A DNA stretch of 64,000 bases. It comes from Octopus vulgaris. Lineage: Eukaryota. Shown in pieces: positions 57,891 through 64,000 of this stretch. Every line of letters starts with the position of its first letter. Position 1 is the stretch's first letter. The DNA lies in the NCBI GenBank assembly GCA_951406725.2, contig OX597816.1, forward strand, positions 75,702,001 through 75,766,000, written 5' to 3'. Made by a program: the position numbers and the translations under genes. The notes beneath the pieces are model-generated. The model saw only the letters and a list, made by a program, of their open reading frames with translations. It had not been told where the DNA came from and made no database searches.

Positions 57891-58715
57891 ATTGTGTCTG
57901 TCTCTCCTTATATATATATATATAAGGAGAGAGAAAGTGAGAGAAAGAAAGAGCGAGAGATAAATAGATAGATAAATAAATAGATAGATAGAGAGACAGG
58001 GAGAGAGAGAGTTGTGTATGCAGTGATCGTATTATACTTTTTTTAGGAAGGATTCTGTTTTCAAATAGTTATCGTGCCAAGGTATAGGTGCTTTTATTGA
58101 TTGATTTTATTGTTGAAGAAATTTCTTTATAGGAAGCTATAATTTACCTTTCAAGAAACGCAACAGTTGTTGGTTTGTAATGACTGTAAACTGAGTACTT
58201 TGTATAAAAATATCTATCTTTGGTAAGAAAAATACCTATAAAACCGAATAGATACAATATAAAAAGAAAGAAAAAAAAAATAGAAAAAGAATACGTAATG
58301 TGATGTAGCAGGGCTTTGGTGGTGAAAAGCAACCAAAAAACAAAATATTTCTTCCTTTCATTTGATAACATCGTTAAACTAGCTAACATTCTGTGTTTTA
58401 TTTCTTTCATATTGTTAACGCCGAGTTACCGTTATTTCGTTATATTTTTCTCCGATTGTGGAAATAGAAAGTGTTCATGTTATTTCTCGTATACAAATGC
58501 GCACAAACAAATACACACAAATATACACACATACAGTCAAGTACACTCGCACACGTACACACTCACACAAATGCACAAACACAACCAAATACACAAGAAA
58601 TATGCATGTGCAGAAATAAATGCAGTATAAAATAATAGTCGAACACTATTACAAACACTCTTATTATGAAGTACAAATCCATCCATCCATCCATCCATCC
58701 ATCCATCCATCTATC

Positions 58716-58800
<85 letters not shown>

Positions 58801-59032
58801 GGTTTGGATTTTATTGATCCTGATTATCAACTCCGTAGCCTCCAGCGTGTATTTGGCTGGTAAGGTACTCTGTAAACATTCTGCTGAATATTCCTAGTTC
58901 ATGAACCAGTCAACAGGGTAAAGCAGAAATAGATATTCCAAGGGATCGAATTCTTCGTTGACTGATTTTGTCTAGTAATAGTTCACGTCACATAATGAAA
59001 TGGCTGGTGATTTGCATATTAAATATTCAATT

Positions 59033-59073
<41 letters not shown>

Positions 59074-59202
59074 CTTTCTCTGCCTCTGAATATTTCTGTC
59101 TGTGTTTCTGTCTCTATGCATGTTTGTATGTATGTATGTATGTATGTATGTATGTATGTATGTATGTATGTATGAATATATGTGTGTGTGTGTGTGTGTG
59201 TT

Positions 59203-59235
<33 letters not shown>

Positions 59236-59607
59236 ATGTGTGTACGCACCATGCGTTACTTCGTGCTGATTGTGTTCTCTCAGTGATTATACATCTCGCT
59301 AAATTGAACTAAAACTGTACAACCTAAGTTCATTGGCGATTTATTTTTCTATCATTATTAATATGCTAGAGTAATCGTGTCATCAATGATGTCGCCAGGT
59401 GTTTTATTAAATGTTGTGATAATTACAACCTTTCGGCTCGTAAGTATGGATATTCAAAAGTTCCGTTTGAAGGTATTGTTGAAAAATATCATGATGAAAG
59501 TTGCTAATGAGCGCATGGAAATATAAATGAAAATGCCGAAATAACAGGATAATAAATCATACTTATCATTCCCAAAATACTATACAGGTTTAATTTGTAT
59601 AACATAT

Positions 59608-59820
59608 AAAGGCACGACCTGGCTGAATCGTTAGCACGCCGGACAAAATACTTACCGGTATTTCGTCCGATTTTACGTTCTGAGTTCAAATTTCGCCGAG
59701 GCTGACTTTGCCTTTCATCCTTTCGGGGTCGACAAAATAAATGCCAGTTCAACACTGAGGTTAATGTTATCGACTTATCCTTTCCACAAAATTGCTGTCA
59801 TTGTGCCAAAACTTGAAACC
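59608..59820 (+). mobile_element. SINE family A
   Basis: ctggctgaatcgttagcacgccggac head; ctttgcctttcatcctttcggggtcga body. Confidence 0.85.
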
Positions 59821-60699
59821 CGTATGTTTCTCTCATTATGCAACGCTATGTTATTTTCTACAATAAATGTTTTACCGATGTTGAATTGAAATATAAATAT
59901 TTACACAGAAGTACATGTTCTAACAAAGAAGTTACATAGATTTTCTAAAGGTTGTCGGAGATAAAAAAAAATACGTTATGAAGTAAGAATATTTACTGGC
60001 CTTAGTGAGAAAAATCAACTTAAACTTAAGTATTATCAGTACGGCAGTAATTTAGCGCAGAAGAACTTTTCGGGCTACAATAATAAATAAATCTTTTATA
60101 AATATTGTGATGGACTTTATAATGCGTTGTATGTATGGTACAATAATATAGTTTATTTTATCAGTGAAATAAATATGTTTTTCAATACGAAAGTATTTTA
60201 TTCAGGAACACGGAATGTATTGCATATATGTACAGAAATATATGCATGCAGTGTAATAAATATATAGTTTAGCCTCTCAGGAATTTGAATATAAAGAGTA
60301 ACAGTGAAATGTAGTGGAATATATGAAGTAGAATAGTTAATAGTGGAATAAGTGTATTTACAAATACATATAGCGTATTATTAACGATATATAGAATACT
60401 ATAGTGAAAATTTACAAAAAAACCCCCCAAAAAACCCCCAAAAGCCGATGACGGGTGTGTAAACAACAGACAGATGTATTAGTTTAACGCTCGGTAAGTG
60501 AGAAAGTATTTTACGTTTCAAGTCTACGCTCTTCGAGATAAGAAACACAGAAATAAACAGGGAGAGAAAAAAAAAAGTTTAGTGGCTAGCGATCTATCAT
60601 GGTGAATATTATATACATATATCGATGTCAAATTTTGGCACAAAGTCAGCAATCTCGAGGGAGGAGATAAGTCGATTACATCAACATACAAACATACAT

Positions 60700-61105
60700 A
60701 CGAAAGCTGAAGATCAGTGAAAAAGTGAACACCTATGCTGAACTATTGAAAAATCTGCAGTTACTCTATCCAGATTACAAGTTCATGTTTATACTTGTAA
60801 TTATAGGGATCCTGGGATATGTAATACATTGCCTAAATACCAATCTTGAGAAACTAGGCTTCATAAACACGAAACGATAAAGCTAAATCGAAGACTACAG
60901 ATCCAATCCATCACTGGAACTATAAAAATCTGTAAAACTTTCCAGAAGTTTATCCTTTAAATATATATGAGCATGTCTAGATATGCAACTGTATGCATGA
61001 AAATACATACATAAAACATACAAATCTGCACATACGTACATACATACATATAGACAAAAATACCCTATCGTTGAAGTTGAAATTACAATGATGGAGCCTT
61101 GGATC
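60700..61105 (+). mobile_element. REL-endonuclease LINE 3' fragment (second family) next to (TACA)n
   Basis: KISEKVNTYAELLKNLQLLYPDYKFMFILVIIGILGYV, followed by a 3' UTR. Confidence 0.7.
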
Positions 61106-61161
61106 TCTATATATGTATGTACACACACACACACACAGAGATACACACACACACGTATATA

Positions 61162-62421
61162 TCAGGTCATCCATAAGTTCTGTCCGAATTTTGAATGAAG
61201 AAAACAAGTGATCAAATGTTACATTTAATTGAAATTTAATCATCAGTGTACTTTACCTGATTATCTATGACTTCCTTCCATCTATTTACAAGCTTTTTAA
61301 TCCCATCAATGTAAAACTCTTTTAGTTTCAAAGCGAAGAACTCTGAAATGTTAATTTCGACCTCCTCTTGGCTTGTGAAAGTTATGTCACCCAAATGATT
61401 CTGTAAACTACGAAACAAATGGTAGTCTGAAGGAGCAAGATCGGGAGAATAAGGTGGATGAGAAATTTTTTCCCAACGAAGCTCTTCGATCTTCTCTGTG
61501 ATCTTTGCAGTGTGGGGTTGTGCATTGTCCTGATGAAACATCACTCCTTTTCAATTCACTAGAGTGGGTCTTTTTTTTTCAAAGCTTGGTTCAAACGCTC
61601 TAATTGCTGACAGTACACTTGAGCATTGTTTGTTGCATTAGGTGGTAACAATTCAAAGTGAATTACTCCTTTGCCATCCCACCAGATAGAAAGAAGAACC
61701 TTTTTTCCATGAAGTTCCCTTCTCGGTTGTGGTTGAGCTTTTCCTTTTTACCAAGCCACTGTTAACGACGTTTAATATTTCGATAGATCTATTTTTCCTC
61801 ACCAGTTACAAGTCTATCCAAAAAGGGTGAAATGAGTTCGCAAGAATGGAGAGAAGAGCAAATGTCAACTCAGGATTTTGGTTGCTTTCGGATAATTCAT
61901 GAGACACCCATTTTCCAAGTTTAGGAACCTTTCCAAGTGGTTGAAGATGACGATGAACAGTTGTATGGTTTGAACTAAGCTTTATTGCCAATTCTTCAAC
62001 TGATAATCCAGGATTTTCTTCAAGTAATGCCTCAAGGAGCTTATCGTCAAACTCAACTGGACGTCCTGTTCAATCTTCATCTTCAAAGCTGAAATTCCCA
62101 CTTCTGAATTTTGCAAACCATCTTCTGCAAGTTCTTTCATTCAAGCATTCTTTCCCATAAACTGAGTGTATGTTTCGAGTCGCTTCGGCTGCAGAATTTC
62201 CGTTTTTGTGCCTTAACTGCTCTTTGGATAGTTCCATGTTAGAAAGGGTTTTAATCAAAGAAATTTTTAATCTATTATTCTGTAAAATAATATTTAATTA
62301 GTTTAAATATACACAAATGCATAAAAATAATTTTTAATTCCATTAGACATTCTAAAGTACTATTAAATTTCACTCAAATTTAAAAAAGGTAAAATCGGAC
62401 AGAACTTATGGGATGACCTAA
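61162..62421 (-). mobile_element. Full-length mariner (DD34D-type) with a disrupted transposase
   Basis: TIR t(c/t)aggtcatcc(c)ataagttctgtccga, TA TSDs, 1260 bp; NSAAEATRNI, WFAKFRSG, GKWVSHEL, VTGEEK, HQDNAQPH, YSPDLAPSDYHLF. Confidence 0.92.
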
Positions 62422-62879
62422 TATATATCTGTGTGTGTGTGTGTTTATCTGGTTCGCTGTCTCATAAATATTTTTAGTTAATAATTAAACACCAACCAAT
62501 GAATGTAACACTATTTGAATTATTTATAGTACAAAAACAAAAAAAAAAAATCACTAGAGAAATATTAAAATGTCATTAAGAAACTTTTTACAAACTATCT
62601 GCCAAGATTATAACACAAATAAAATGAGACATTATAGGGACGAAATTGAGAGAGAAATGTGAAATAGATCAGTGGACACACGAAGAATAACCTGTCAAGT
62701 TAGCACTGAGTGATCGACGAGTTATCTAGTGAAGATAAATGTAATTCAGTTAAAATACAAGAAACGATTTCTAGTATCAAATATCGGAAAGAGGAATGGT
62801 CGACACTTTAATGTAATGTAATAGTTAACACATTTACAAGGTGAACAAGAGAAAAGTGGTTATTATCTTTTATCTATTT

Positions 62880-63330
62880 TTTCTAAACTTTTACCCGTTT
62901 CAGTTACTGGACTGTGACCATGCTGGAGCACCACCTTGAAGGGTTTTAGTCGAACGATTCGTTACCAGTACATATTTTTCAAACAATGGTACTTAATTCA
63001 TTAGCCATTTTTTTGTCGAACAGCTAAATTACGTGGACGTAAACAAACCAACAACAGTTGTGAAGCAGTGGTCATGGACAAACACACAGACATACACACG
63101 CACATAAACTTACACACATAAACTTACTCTTTCTTTCTCATACACACACGCACATACACATGCATGTATACAACAGGCTTTCACAGAATTTCTGCATACA
63201 AATTTACTCACAAAGCACTGATCGGCCTGATACTATTGTAGAATACATTCACCTAAAGTATTGCGCCCGAGGACCGAACACAAACCCCGTGGTTGCAAAG
63301 CGGGCGTCAGAACTCCGTATCCATGCCTTG
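62880..63330 (-). mobile_element. SINE family B, diverged
   Basis: gtttcagttactggactgtgaccatgctggagcaccacc 3' part and a degraded 5' part. Confidence 0.7.
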
Positions 63331-64000
63331 CGGATACCTTTGCGGATTATATTATTATTTCAATTAATACTAATGAGAATATTTTGTCTTTGGAATATCG
63401 TGTTTTAAGGGCCCCTTAATAACGTCTGTAGGTTAAATCAATTCTATTGGTATTAACTATAACGACATTGGGACGAAAAATTAAGGACGATCCTAATAAA
63501 GTTCGAACGCAGAACCTGAGAGATTCGACACAAAAATTTCGAAGCATTCTAATGTTTTTGTGAATTTTGGCGAAAAGTTTTTCGTCAATGTGCTACAGCT
63601 GCTGCTTCATAGTATTGCAGTTTCTTCGTTTGGAATTTCCTACGGCAAATAATACAACGTCTCTTCTAAACTACTTAATTGAGTAACAAACTAACTCGAT
63701 TCCACAAGTTCTTCTCTTGCTAGCCCAACCCAGGTGTCTCATCGGCAATATATACAACTATGGCTGCAAAGAAAATAATATATAACAAAAATTGCATAAA
63801 AAAGAAACAAATATCGTTCACCGCCTTCCACAATCTCCAATACATATCCAACACCAACAAAGACAAGATGATATATATATATATATATATACACGCCATG
63901 TCTGACAGAACAACTTTTAATGGTGTTTTACTTTGCGAACAGCCTAGGAATACATACATATATACATACATACATAAGTATATACGAATCTTTCTTATAT

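Overview
Eukaryotic, AT-rich DNA saturated with microsatellites, with no recognisable host protein-coding exon. Most ORFs in the supplied track are translations of simple repeats. The SINE families and the repeat landscape suggest an octopus or other coleoid cephalopod genome (inference from recognised sequence, not from a search). The window is a dense record of mobile elements: three tRNA-derived SINE families (some as dimers with target-site duplications), a full-length but frameshifted RTE/BovB-type LINE (29119-33236, minus), REL-endonuclease (R4/Dong-like) LINE fragments in (TAA)n arrays, an L1/Tx1 fragment, mariner/maT/hAT remnants, several MITEs, a non-autonomous Helitron, and Penelope-like element (PLE) RT and GIY-YIG remnants. 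The most interesting signal is a set of short non-coding elements anchored in microsatellites, often forming fold-backs, that carry type I hammerhead ribozyme motifs. These include a canonical motif at 4823-4901 and motifs on both strands in the fold-backs at 5095-5258 and 8941-9556. Several share a U4C core variant, and one element has a circularly permuted module order. They look like PLE pseudo-LTR derivatives or retrozyme-like elements. Coordinates were read by eye and may be off by a few bases.
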